Assembly: GCA_017522905.1 (NCBI GenBank)
Contig: JAFWXY010000077.1
Location: 1-43,222, forward strand
Reading direction: 5' to 3'
Length of the DNA stretch: 43,222 bases
Source: Clostridia bacterium
Lineage (GTDB): Bacteria > Bacillota > Clostridia > Oscillospirales > CAG-272
Position 1 is the first letter of the stretch. Every line of letters starts with the position of its first letter. The position numbers and the translations under genes were made by a program. Below are positions 10,914 to 19,264 of the stretch, piece by piece. Below the pieces are notes generated by a model. It did no database searches and had not been told where the DNA came from. It saw only the letters and a list, made by a program, of their open reading frames with translations.

Positions 10914-10982
10914 AATATAGCAAAAAATCCTCAAAAACCTTAAAAAATATAGGATTTTTGCATTATTTTTTCAAAAAAACTA

Positions 10983-11011
10983 TTGCAAAGCTATATTTTT
11001 TATGGTATAAT
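10983..11011 (+). promoter_or_regulatory. Sigma-A-type promoter of hup-yabO
   Basis: TTGCAA (10983-10988), 17 nt, TATAAT (11006-11011), with TGG as an extended -10. Leaves a 5' UTR of about 90 nt containing a stem TGGATTTGC/GCAGATCCA. Confidence 0.65.
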
Positions 11012-11107
11012 TTAACTAAACAAATACAGTGGATTTGCCGTTTAAGTGGTCAATTTGACGACTGTTTTGCAGATCCATAAATTTAATAAAAGAAAGAGGA
11101 TTTAAAC

Positions 11108-11383
11108 ATGAAAAAGTTACAGCTTACAGATGCAGTAGCAGCTAAGGCAGGAATGACAAAGAAGGAAGCAGCTGCAGCAGTTGACGCAGTTCTCGAGGTA
11201 ATCGCAGAGACTCTCGCTCAGGGTGAGGACGTTAAGATCACAGGCTTTGGTAGCTTCGAGGTTAAGGATCGCGCAGCAAGAGAGGGCAGAAACCCCAAGA
11301 CAGGCGAGAAGGTTGCTATTCCCGCATCCAAGTACGTTGCATTCGCTGCAGGCAGCACACTTAAGGAAAAAGTAAACGGCTAA
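11108..11383 (+). CDS. hup: DNA-binding protein HU
   Basis: 91 aa with the HU/IHF signature GFGSFEVKDRAAREGRNPKTGEKVAIPA. Strong SD (AAGAGGA) and its own promoter. Confidence 0.95.
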   Translation: MKKLQLTDAVAAKAGMTKKEAAAAVDAVLEVIAETLAQGEDVKITGFGSFEVKDRAAREGRNPKTGEKVAIPASKYVAFAAGSTLKEKVNG

Positions 11384-11389
11384 TTTTCA

Positions 11390-11632
11390 ATGAGACTCGA
11401 TAAATACTTAAAGGTTTCAAGAATCATAAAAAGGCGCACCGTTGCCAATGACGCGTGTGATACCGCGCACGTCAGTGTTAACGGCAGACCTGCCAAGGCG
11501 TCCTATGACGTCAAAGCAGGCGACGTTATCGAGGTGACCTTCGGTCAGAGAACGCTTAAGGTAAGAGTTCTTGATGTAAAGGAGTTCACCGCAAAGGCAG
11601 ACGCGTCATCACTTTATGAGGTGATTGAATAA
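11390..11632 (+). CDS. yabO: S4-domain RNA-binding protein (YabO-like)
   Basis: 80 aa with an S4 motif (MRLDKYLKVSRIIKRRTVA..VSVNGRPAK). Position before yabP-yabQ-divIC, as in Bacillus and Clostridium. Confidence 0.8.
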   Translation: MRLDKYLKVSRIIKRRTVANDACDTAHVSVNGRPAKASYDVKAGDVIEVTFGQRTLKVRVLDVKEFTAKADASSLYEVIE

Positions 11633-11655
11633 CCTTGAAGACCTCCGCATATAAT
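11627..11655 (+). promoter_or_regulatory. Candidate sporulation-sigma (sigma-E-like) promoter for yabP embedded in the yabO terminator
   Basis: GAATAAC (11627-11633), 14 nt, CATATAAT (11648-11655). This compares with the B. subtilis sigma-E consensus as I recall it: (G/T)(A/C/T)ATAnn, 14 nt, CATACAhT. Confidence 0.3.
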
Positions 11656-11688
11656 GTACCATTCGGTGCAGTATGCGGAGGTTTTTTT
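11641..11688 (+). terminator. Intrinsic terminator after hup-yabO
   Basis: Perfect 11-bp stem ACCTCCGCATA (11641-11651) / TATGCGGAGGT (11672-11682), followed by a run of 7 T (11682-11688). Confidence 0.85.
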
Positions 11689-11690
11689 CT

Positions 11691-11969
11691 ATGAATGGGC
11701 AAAATGCAGAAAAGAGGCACAGTATCTCCTCGTCGGGGAGAGAGGGAATTAAAATAGACGGAGTTTTGGACGTGGTCAGCTTTGACGAGCGTGGGGTCGC
11801 GCTTGAAACCACGGTTGGCAATATGGCTGTTGAGGGCGAGGAGCTTCACGTAACCGTCCTTAACATCACCGACGGCAAGGTTGAGATAGACGGGAAGATA
11901 AACGGAATTTATTACTATGAATCAAAGCCACAGGGAAAGCGCGGACTTTTCAGAGGACGAGAGAGCTGA
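11691..11969 (+). CDS. yabP: Sporulation protein YabP
   Basis: The pattern VVSFDERGVALETTVGNMAVEGEELHVTVLNITDGKVEIDGKINGIYY matches the YabP family. Start placed at ATG 11691, 9 nt after GGAGG; the track start at 11673 lies inside the terminator stem. Confidence 0.8.
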   Translation: MNGQNAEKRHSISSSGREGIKIDGVLDVVSFDERGVALETTVGNMAVEGEELHVTVLNITDGKVEIDGKINGIYYYESKPQGKRGLFRGRES

Positions 11970-11978
11970 GGATAAGCC

Positions 11979-12611
11979 TTGATAGATCTGTCGCAGAAAA
12001 TCATCCTCTCCTTAATTTTGAGGGCCTTTTGTATAGGCGTGGCGCTCGGTCTTTTTTACGAGGGCGTAAGAATAGCGAGAATGATGCTGCCGCGCAGCCG
12101 TGCAGGGCGATTTTGGGGCATAGTCTTCTTTGCATTTTCGTTTTTCACGGATCTTGCGTTTTGTCTGCTTTTTGCCGCAAGTGCGATACTTCTGACGTAT
12201 AATATAAGCGGTGGAGTTTTCCGCGGCTGTGTATATACCTTTATGACGGTAGGCCTTCTGATTTACAGAATGACCTTAGGCAAGCTTATAGAGAGGATCG
12301 AGCAATTTTTGACCGACGTAATAAAGAAATCATTAAAGGTCATTATCAAAATCACGCTTATTCCGCTCAGGGCGATTTTTTCACTTGTTTGTAGGATTTA
12401 CGCCTTGACAATCGGAAAAATTATTGGTAAAATAATATGTAGAGTAAAATCCGTAAGGGAGAAGAAAAAGAGGGCGCGTGCAGAGAATACTGCCGTGCAA
12501 ATTTCCCCTCAGTCTCCAAAAGAAGAAACAGAGGAAGAGGAATATAATGCCAAATGTGCAAGAGGATATAAAAAAGAAGACCGCATCAGCTTCGGAGCTT
12601 ACAAGCGATGA
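11979..12611 (+). CDS. yabQ: Spore cortex biosynthesis membrane protein YabQ-like
   Basis: TTG start 6 nt after GAGGA. Several N-terminal TM helices are followed by a charged tail. The call rests on size (210 aa) and position between yabP and divIC. Confidence 0.6.
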   Translation: MIDLSQKIILSLILRAFCIGVALGLFYEGVRIARMMLPRSRAGRFWGIVFFAFSFFTDLAFCLLFAASAILLTYNISGGVFRGCVYTFMTVGLLIYRMTLGKLIERIEQFLTDVIKKSLKVIIKITLIPLRAIFSLVCRIYALTIGKIIGKIICRVKSVREKKKRARAENTAVQISPQSPKEETEEEEYNAKCARGYKKEDRISFGAYKR

Positions 12612-12945
12612 GATTCTTGAGGAGTCGGAGAAAAATCTTGAGCGCGCGATCAAGACGGGGGTTAAAACACCGCATATCAAGGTGGTTGCCAGGCTTTTGC
12701 TTGCCGTCCTGCTTATCGCGTCTCTCGCCGCGTTTGTAACCGGACTTATGAAGTACAGTGAGCTTCAGAGAGAGAAGGCTGCGCTTGAGGACAAGGTTGA
12801 GGAATATGAGGCGGAGGTAGAGGAGCTTGAATACCTTATAAATTCTCCGATCGACTACGAGTACATTATAAGAGTGGCAAAGGAAAAGCTAAATCTGCTC
12901 CTGCCCGACGAGATAATATACCACAACGATTCTAACGGTAAGTAA
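12547..12945 (+). CDS. divIC: Septum formation initiator (DivIC/FtsB family)
   Basis: Single TM (VVARLLLAVLLIASLAAFVTGL) followed by a coiled coil (LQREKAALEDKVEEYEAEVEELE). ATG 12547 is preceded by GAGGAAGAGG. It overlaps the yabQ 3' end by 65 nt. Confidence 0.7.
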   Translation: MPNVQEDIKKKTASASELTSDEILEESEKNLERAIKTGVKTPHIKVVARLLLAVLLIASLAAFVTGLMKYSELQREKAALEDKVEEYEAEVEELEYLINSPIDYEYIIRVAKEKLNLLLPDEIIYHNDSNGK

Positions 12946-12950
12946 ACAAA

Positions 12951-12983
12951 AAACACCAATCGGATTGCCGATTGGTGTTTTAT
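12951..12983. terminator. Bidirectional terminator between divIC (+) and the AEC transporter (-)
   Basis: Stem ACACCAATCGG (12953-12963) / CCGATTGGTGT (12968-12978), loop ATTG. An A-run lies upstream and TTTT downstream. Confidence 0.85.
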
Positions 12984-12986
12984 CAT

Positions 12987-13961
12987 TTATAATTTGAGTA
13001 TCTGCTCTGCTATCATCATGGTAAGGGGAAGAGAGAGCACCGACAAAAGTGACGTTGTTCCCACGATTACCGAGGAGTAGACGGAGTCAAGTCCGTGTGT
13101 CTCGGACATCATAGTGACTGCCGCCGCGCTGGGGAGAGCCGCCGCCGCGGTTGCAAACACCGCGTACATATAGAGTCCGTCTACGGGAACGAGGATAAGA
13201 ATTACCTTAGAGATAAGGCAGACGAGCAAGGGGAGAACGAAGAGCTTTATCGCGTTGAAATAATAAAGCTTCCAGGAGCAGAATATCCTCTTGGGGCTTT
13301 GCGTGGCGATAAGCGCGCCTATGATGAGTACCGATATCGGCGTGCAGATATTTGTGAGGTAACCCATTGCCTTTGTAAGAAATACGGGAAGCTCAAATCC
13401 TATCGCGGGATCCTTTAAAAGATAAAGCGCAAAGCCGATAACACAGGGGACTGTTCCGAAATTGAGGAATATCTTCTTTATACTCAGCTTGATGTCGTTG
13501 CGCTTTCGCCCGAAGATGGCAAGACCCCAGGTCCAGAGAAGTACGTTGAAGCTGAATACCAAAAAGGACGCCATAAAGAGTCCCGTGGGGCCGAGCAATG
13601 CCTCGAATATCGGGAATCCGATAAAGGCGCAGTTGGCAAACATGAAAGAGAATTCGGAGATCTTTTCCTCGTCGATATTCTTCTTATAAGGCAGAGCGAG
13701 GAAATATCCGAGGACTGCAAGTGCGCCGTGATAGATAAATCCGAGCCATAGCATCGTCCAGGCAATATTGACGTTTTTTTCGTTGTACTCCGCGCTTGAC
13801 ATAGAGTAGATAAGCATCGCGGGCTGACCAACCATAAGCACGAGCTTTGACAAATTTTTTGAGGATACGTCGTTGATAATACCAACCTTGCGGCAAAGAA
13901 AGCCGACGGCTATTATCACCATAAGGGTGGCAACGACTACGTAAAGGGCATCAAAGTTCAT
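12987..13961 (-). CDS. AEC-family transporter (auxin-efflux-carrier/malate-permease-like)
   Basis: 324-aa protein with about 10 TM helices. The N-terminus (VGFLCRKVGIIND..LSKLVL) and overall layout are typical of AEC permeases. GGAG SD present. Confidence 0.8.
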   Translation of the reverse strand: MNFDALYVVVATLMVIIAVGFLCRKVGIINDVSSKNLSKLVLMVGQPAMLIYSMSSAEYNEKNVNIAWTMLWLGFIYHGALAVLGYFLALPYKKNIDEEKISEFSFMFANCAFIGFPIFEALLGPTGLFMASFLVFSFNVLLWTWGLAIFGRKRNDIKLSIKKIFLNFGTVPCVIGFALYLLKDPAIGFELPVFLTKAMGYLTNICTPISVLIIGALIATQSPKRIFCSWKLYYFNAIKLFVLPLLVCLISKVILILVPVDGLYMYAVFATAAAALPSAAAVTMMSETHGLDSVYSSVIVGTTSLLSVLSLPLTMMIAEQILKL

Positions 13962-14511
13962 TTTCTATCTCCAAGACCTTTTCCTTGATCTTCTTCATAT
14001 CCTCAAGCATGTCCTCCTTTTTTCGGGGGTCGCGGAGGAGGGCTGCGGGATGGTAAACGGCGGTCATAAGGTAGTTGCCCTTTTTAAACCATGTTCCGTG
14101 CTCCCGTGTGATCTTGAAATCAGGCTTTATAAGTCTCATAGCAGAGATTCTGCCAAGGCATACGATGACCTTGGGGTTGATGATCTCAACCTGGCGGCGA
14201 AGAAAATCAATGCATGCATCCTCCTCTGCAGGGAGCGGATCTCGGTTTTTGGGCGGACGGCATTTAAGAATATTCGCAATATATACGTCCTCGCGGCTTA
14301 TGTCAACAGCGTAGAGGAATTTGTCAAGCAGCTGACCCGCGCGGCCGACGAAGGGAGTACCCGAGAGGTCCTCCTGCTCACCGGGAGCCTCGCCTACGAA
14401 CATAATGTCCGCGTTTTCGTTACCGATACCGAACACGCAATTGGTTCTTGTTTCTGAGAGCGAGCAACCGTGGCATTCGGAGCATATCTTTTTAAGTTCA
14501 TCTAAAGTCAT
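13951..14511 (-). CDS. udg: Uracil-DNA glycosylase, family 4
   Basis: Motifs FVGEAPGEQED, GTPFVGRAGQLLD and YHPAALLR, plus N-terminal Cys residues for the 4Fe-4S cluster. Overlaps the downstream transporter start by 11 nt. Confidence 0.9.
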   Translation of the reverse strand: MTLDELKKICSECHGCSLSETRTNCVFGIGNENADIMFVGEAPGEQEDLSGTPFVGRAGQLLDKFLYAVDISREDVYIANILKCRPPKNRDPLPAEEDACIDFLRRQVEIINPKVIVCLGRISAMRLIKPDFKITREHGTWFKKGNYLMTAVYHPAALLRDPRKKEDMLEDMKKIKEKVLEIENEL

Positions 14512-14534
14512 TTTATCATGTCCTTCCGAGTATG

Positions 14535-14562
14535 ATTATATACAATACATACATTTTACCAA
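14535..14562 (-). promoter_or_regulatory. Candidate promoter of the udg-transporter operon
   Basis: Minus strand: TTGGTA (complement of 14557-14562), 16 nt, TATAAT (complement of 14535-14540). Confidence 0.5.
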
Positions 14563-14600
14563 AAAAATTCCCCGAATGCAAGTATCGGGGAGTATTTTTT
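14561..14600 (-). terminator. Terminator after mecA
   Basis: Stem CCCCGA (14570-14575) / TCGGGG (14585-14590). On the minus strand it is followed by AATTTTTTT. Confidence 0.7.
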
Positions 14601-14610
14601 TATCGAAAGA

Positions 14611-15288
14611 TCAAAAATCGGAAAGTGTTTCGATAGCATTCTCAAGGCATATTGCTTTTCCGCACTCCGAGAGATAGGTGCTTATGTGGTCTGCACGCTC
14701 TCTGCGGCCGTATTCAAGTATAAACGTCAGGGAGTCAAGGCGGCAATATGCGGACATATTTGCGTTTTCGATCACGAGATAATAGTTATCGTCTGCACCC
14801 CTGTAGGCGCGGCTCTCCACGCCGCTTTTCTTTTCCTTGAGTATTTTGCATACGTCGCACATGTCGCGCAGGGATTCAAATGAGAATATCATTTTTCCAA
14901 TAGTCGACCTCCTTTGAGTGGGGAGTGTCTCTGCCTTCGGAGTAATGGCGCAGGATTCCTCTTGTGTCTTCTTTTTGTGTGGGCCCTCGCGCCTCTGCGG
15001 CTTTTTGTCGCTCTTGCCCTCGTTATTTAAGGAGGCAAATGGCAGGGCGTTGCTTTTCGTGATAAAAAGCTCGCACCCTCCTCCCTTTGAGGTGTATAGC
15101 TGGACAAATATCTCTGAGCCCTCGGTGTTAAAGCCAATCTGTGTTTTGGCTCTCTCAAGTATCGTTCGAATGGCAAGCCTCGTCTCTCCTCTGGCGCAAT
15201 CCGCATCCTCGCATATATGTAATTCCTTCATATCACTCTCATCAAGCATTATCTTAAGCTTGGAATCGTTAATAGGTATTATTTCCAC
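14611..15288 (-). CDS. mecA: Adaptor protein MecA
   Basis: From GTG 15288 the N-terminus reads MEIIPINDSKLKIMLDESDM, like the B. subtilis MecA N-terminus as I recall it (MEIERINEHTVKF). GGAGG lies 5 nt upstream of the GTG. The upstream ATGs lack an SD and abut the putative -10. Confidence 0.72.
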   Translation of the reverse strand: MEIIPINDSKLKIMLDESDMKELHICEDADCARGETRLAIRTILERAKTQIGFNTEGSEIFVQLYTSKGGGCELFITKSNALPFASLNNEGKSDKKPQRREGPHKKKTQEESCAITPKAETLPTQRRSTIGKMIFSFESLRDMCDVCKILKEKKSGVESRAYRGADDNYYLVIENANMSAYCRLDSLTFILEYGRRERADHISTYLSECGKAICLENAIETLSDF

Positions 15289-15325
15289 GTTTACCTCCTC
15301 TTCTTGTATCTCTGTCATTACTATC

Positions 15326-15355
15326 ATTATAATACGGAAGGGATAAAAATGTAAC
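15326..15355 (-). promoter_or_regulatory. Candidate promoter of mecA
   Basis: Minus strand: GTTACA (complement of 15350-15355), 18 nt, TATAAT (complement of 15326-15331). Confidence 0.45.
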
Positions 15356-15391
15356 CCCTAAAAATATGGTAATTTTGGGGACGCGAATTGA

Positions 15392-15420
15392 TTGACATTC
15401 AGTGCTTTAGATGATATAAT
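15392..15420 (+). promoter_or_regulatory. Sigma-A promoter of the DinG/XPD-like helicase gene
   Basis: TTGACA (15392-15397), 17 nt, TATAAT (15415-15420), preceded by TGA. Confidence 0.7.
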
Positions 15421-15449
15421 TGTCTTATCGGGATTGAAAGGAGGAGAAT

Positions 15450-17870
15450 ATGAGATACGACGAAAAAAGAGACGTTGTCACTCTCACGGTAGAGGAGCTT
15501 TGCACGTCGGTTTTGTCTGGCGGCAATATCGACACAAGACGGAATACAAGCCGATTCCGCGAGAGAAGCAGAGACCACTCGCGTATATATAATAAGCTCC
15601 ACCTTTCCTTTGGAATGAGATATTACGACCGCGTCGAGCTTCAGAACACCTGCAAGCTTGACGGGGTATATATATCGGTCACGGGATGCGCGGACGGAGT
15701 TCTGTGCAAGACCGACGGCTATTCTCTTGACGAGGTGCGCGTAGGCAGGACTGACAAGCTCGTGTCCTTTGAGGAGGAGCAGTATCATAGACTGAGAGCC
15801 ACCGTGTACGCCTATCTTTTGTGCTCACAAAAGGAGTGTGAGAGAGTGGAGCTGAGACAGATATTTTTTGACACCGAGCACGGCGACTTTGAGGTAGTGT
15901 CCGAGATGAAAGAAAGAGAAGAGCTAAGAGCTTCTTATATCTCAGTGCTTTCAAAAATTCTTTGGCGCGCACACGTTATCAGGGATCGGGAAACTGTAAG
16001 AATACCCTCTGCGAGGAACGCCGTGTTCCCGTATAAATCGCTGCGCGAAAGCCAGAGCGAGATGATAAAGGAGTGCTACCGCGATATAAAGCATGGCTCG
16101 CGTCTTTTCTGCCAGGCACCTACGGGAATTGGCAAAACGGTATCAACGCTTTATCCCGCCGTCAAATGCGTAGGCGAGGGAATTGCAGACAGGATATTTT
16201 ATCTGACCTCAAAGCAGAGCATACGCCGAGAGGCATTTTCCGCTATGCAGAGGATGAACGCGGCAGGAGTGGGTCTCCGCAGCTGTGTTTTGTCTGCAAG
16301 AGAGGGGATGTGCCATAACGCCGCCGCAAGGCTGAGAGGTGGTAGACTGTCATCAAGCTGCAACCCCGACCTATGCCCCTATGCAAAGGGATACTACGAC
16401 AGAGCAAGCTATGCCGTCGCAGACCTGCTTTCGTCGGGCGATGCGTACGATTCCAAGAAAATACGTGAGATCGCTGAGAAATACAAGGTATGTCCGTACG
16501 AGCTCTCCCTTGATCTTAGCGAGCTTTGCGACGTAATAATCTGTGACTATAACTACGTTTTCTCCCCCACGGTATACCTCAAGCGTTATTTTGACGGCGA
16601 GAGGGGAGAGAAATATATATTCCTTGTAGACGAGGCGCATAACCTTCCCGACAGAGCGAGGGATATGTTCTCGGCAAGACTTTCATCAGATCAGTTTGAG
16701 GCGCTTGTCGCTATGCTTGAAGAGAACGATCAGCTCACAAGCGCGACCTTGTCACTCCTCTCAGAATTTGAGCACATAGGTCGTCTTTGCGATAACGACA
16801 CCCACTATTCGGAGGACGGAGAGAGGACGGGGTACAGCACAAGCCGTCAGCTTCCCGAAAAATTCTCGGAGACGCTTGAGCTGTTTGCGAAAAAATGCGA
16901 CACCTGGCTTAAAGCAAACACCGACCACGCGGCGTATCTTTACGTGGAGGATCTTGCGTATAAGCTCTTTGAGTATAAAAAAATATCCGAGAGATACGGT
17001 AAGGGATACCTCACCTTTATCACACGCGAGGGGGAGAGCGTTTCGCTGTTGCTTTATTGCCTTGACCCCGCAGACGAGCTTTCCTCTGCGCTTGACCGTG
17101 CGGTTGCGACGGTCATGTTCTCTGCAACGCTTACTCCTACCGAGTATTTTGCCGATATTCTCGGAGGAGGTAAGAGGACGGCATCCGTAAGCTTCCGCTC
17201 ACCATTCCCCGAGGAAAACTTATGCGTTGCGATAGTCGATAAGATAAGCACGAGATACGAGGACAGGGAAAAATCATACAAAAAGATATCCTCCTGTATC
17301 GCGGGAACGGTATCTGCCAAGGCGGGAAATTATATCGTCTTTTTCCCGTCATACGGCTATCTTTCCGAGGTCAAAAGGATATTTGCGGCAAAGTACCCGA
17401 ATGTTAAAATCTTAGAGCAGACCAAGAATATGTCGCAAGCCCAAAGGGATGAATTTATTGCCTCATTTCAGGATGACGGCAAAACGAGAATCGCCTTTTG
17501 CGTGCTTGGCGGCTCGTTTTCCGAGGGAATAGATCTACCGGGGGATAAGCTTATCGGCGTTATCTGTGTCGGAGTCGGTCTGCCCGGGCTTTCAAGTGAG
17601 AACAACATAATCCGTGACTACTACGAGGAAAAGAGCGGATGCGGGTACGACTATGCCTATACCTATCCCGGAATGAACTCGATACTCCAGGCGGTGGGTA
17701 GAGTTATAAGAACAGAGACAGACCGCGGAATAGCCGTGCTTATCGACGACCGATTCTCTGAAAAGAAATATATTTCCATGTTCCCGCGCGAGTGGAAGAA
17801 TGCAAAATATACCGGAAATGCCCAATCGCTGGCACAAATTGCACGAGATTTTTGGGATAAATATAGATAA
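15450..17870 (+). CDS. ATP-dependent DNA helicase, DinG/XPD (Rad3) family with Fe-S domain and N-terminal nuclease-like module
   Basis: Walker A CQAPTGIGKT and DEAH box VDEAHNL. A four-Cys cluster (MCHN..SSSCNPDLCPY..KVCPYE) lies between them, and C-terminal helicase motifs (GGSFSEGIDLPG, QAVGRVIRT) are present. The first ~190 aa form an extra domain. Confidence 0.85.
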   Translation: MRYDEKRDVVTLTVEELCTSVLSGGNIDTRRNTSRFRERSRDHSRIYNKLHLSFGMRYYDRVELQNTCKLDGVYISVTGCADGVLCKTDGYSLDEVRVGRTDKLVSFEEEQYHRLRATVYAYLLCSQKECERVELRQIFFDTEHGDFEVVSEMKEREELRASYISVLSKILWRAHVIRDRETVRIPSARNAVFPYKSLRESQSEMIKECYRDIKHGSRLFCQAPTGIGKTVSTLYPAVKCVGEGIADRIFYLTSKQSIRREAFSAMQRMNAAGVGLRSCVLSAREGMCHNAAARLRGGRLSSSCNPDLCPYAKGYYDRASYAVADLLSSGDAYDSKKIREIAEKYKVCPYELSLDLSELCDVIICDYNYVFSPTVYLKRYFDGERGEKYIFLVDEAHNLPDRARDMFSARLSSDQFEALVAMLEENDQLTSATLSLLSEFEHIGRLCDNDTHYSEDGERTGYSTSRQLPEKFSETLELFAKKCDTWLKANTDHAAYLYVEDLAYKLFEYKKISERYGKGYLTFITREGESVSLLLYCLDPADELSSALDRAVATVMFSATLTPTEYFADILGGGKRTASVSFRSPFPEENLCVAIVDKISTRYEDREKSYKKISSCIAGTVSAKAGNYIVFFPSYGYLSEVKRIFAAKYPNVKILEQTKNMSQAQRDEFIASFQDDGKTRIAFCVLGGSFSEGIDLPGDKLIGVICVGVGLPGLSSENNIIRDYYEEKSGCGYDYAYTYPGMNSILQAVGRVIRTETDRGIAVLIDDRFSEKKYISMFPREWKNAKYTGNAQSLAQIARDFWDKYR

Positions 17871-17892
17871 TATTTTAAAATGATAAAAGATA

Positions 17893-17921
17893 TTGAAATT
17901 TGAAAAGCCTTGTGATATAAT
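17893..17921 (+). promoter_or_regulatory. Sigma-A promoter of the aminotransferase gene
   Basis: TTGAAA (17893-17898), 17 nt, TATAAT (17916-17921), preceded by TGA. Confidence 0.65.
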
Positions 17922-17930
17922 GTGATATAG
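17911..17930 (+). repeat. Tandem 10-mer TGTGATATAA/TGTGATATAG over the -10 box
   Basis: Read directly. Copy 1 is 17911-17920 and copy 2 is 17921-17930. It overlaps TATAAT at 17916-17921. Confidence 0.8.
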
Positions 17931-17981
17931 AATTAAACGTACTAAAATTTAAAAAATAATTAAATATTTGGGAGATTACTG

Positions 17982-19259
17982 ATGAAATACCGTGAGATGA
18001 ACAGCGCAGCACTCAGCGCGGCATATACCGCCGTCAAGGCACAATACGAGGATATAAAGGCGATGGGAATGTCGCTTGATATCTCAAGAGGAAAGCCCTG
18101 CACAGAGCAGCTCAATCTCTCTGACGGAATGCTTACCGTCCTGACTGAGGGAAATGAATGCAAGACAGAGAAGGGCTTTGACTGCAGAAATTACGGACTG
18201 CTTGAGGGTATTCCGGAGGCTCAAGAGCTTTTCGCCGAGCTTTTGGGTATTCCGCGTGAGAATTTGATTCTTGGCGGCGGATCCTCTCTTACAATGATGT
18301 ACGACACCGTTGCACGCGCAATGCTTTACGGCGTTTGCGACAGTGAGCGCCCGTGGTGCCGCGAGGAAAAGGTGAAATTTATATGTCCGGTACCCGGATA
18401 CGACCGTCATTTTAAGGTTACAGAATCCCTTGGTATTGAAATGATAAACGTTGCCATGAGCCCCGAGGGCCCCGATATGGACGCCGTTGAGGAGCTTGTC
18501 AAGGATCCTGCAGTCAAGGGAATCTGGTGCAACCCCAAGTATTCCAATCCCGACGGATATACATATAGCGACGATACTGTTCGCCGTCTTGCGAGAATGA
18601 AGACCGCGGCTCCCGATTTCCGTATTATCTGGGATAACGCGTACGCCATCCATGACCTGTACGACGAGGGTGATAAGCTTCTTGATATTATGGCAGAGTG
18701 CCGCGAGACGGGAAATGAAAACAGAGTTTTCTATTTTGCATCGACCTCAAAGGTTACCTATCCCGGAAGCGGAGTAGCTGTATTTGCGGCAAGTGAGGCA
18801 AATTTAAAGCAGATCAAATCTATCATGGCGGCTCAGGCGATTAACTTTGATAAGCTCGACCAGCTCCGCCACGTAAGGTTCTTCGGTAACGCCGAGAACG
18901 TATTGGAGCACATGAAAAAGCACGCTGCTATCATCGCGCCCAAGTTCGCGCTTGTTCAGAAATATCTTGACGAGGAGCTCTCAGAGCTTGACGTAGCTCG
19001 TTGGACAAAGCCCAACGGCGGATATTTCGTAAGCTTCTATTCTATGCCCGGATGCGCCAAGAGAATATATTCTCTTGCCAAGGAGGCAGGACTTACGCTT
19101 ACCACGGTCGGCGCGACCTATCCCCTTGGATATGACCCCGATGACAGTAATATCCGCATAGCGCCCACGTTCCCCTCACTTGAGGACCTTGAGAAGGCTA
19201 TGAAGCTTTTCGTCGTATGCGTAAAGCTTGCAACTCTTGAAAAGTATCTTGAGAAATAA
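17982..19259 (+). CDS. PLP-dependent aminotransferase (class I/II fold, aspartate-aminotransferase-like)
   Basis: 425 aa. Pattern [19 protein letters not shown], and a PLP-lysine context [11 protein letters not shown]. Substrate cannot be assigned from sequence. Confidence 0.75.
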   Translation: MKYREMNSAALSAAYTAVKAQYEDIKAMGMSLDISRGKPCTEQLNLSDGMLTVLTEGNECKTEKGFDCRNYGLLEGIPEAQELFAELLGIPRENLILGGGSSLTMMYDTVARAMLYGVCDSERPWCREEKVKFICPVPGYDRHFKVTESLGIEMINVAMSPEGPDMDAVEELVKDPAVKGIWCNPKYSNPDGYTYSDDTVRRLARMKTAAPDFRIIWDNAYAIHDLYDEGDKLLDIMAECRETGNENRVFYFASTSKVTYPGSGVAVFAASEANLKQIKSIMAAQAINFDKLDQLRHVRFFGNAENVLEHMKKHAAIIAPKFALVQKYLDEELSELDVARWTKPNGGYFVSFYSMPGCAKRIYSLAKEAGLTLTTVGATYPLGYDPDDSNIRIAPTFPSLEDLEKAMKLFVVCVKLATLEKYLEK

Positions 19260-19264
19260 AAAGC

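Noticed and set aside
10311-10934. 207-aa minus-strand ORF
   Set aside because: Codon-aligned shadow of mazG.
11673-11690. yabP start at ATG 11673
   Set aside because: This ATG lies inside the 3' arm of the terminator stem with no SD upstream. ATG 11691 is correctly spaced from GGAGG.
12478-12546. Upstream start for divIC, with similar upstream starts at 2872 (rel), 22235 (TsaD-like), 24709 (ispA) and 34281 (rplS)
   Set aside because: In each case the extension overlaps the upstream gene or leader and lacks an SD. An internal ATG with a good SD gives the family-typical N-terminus.
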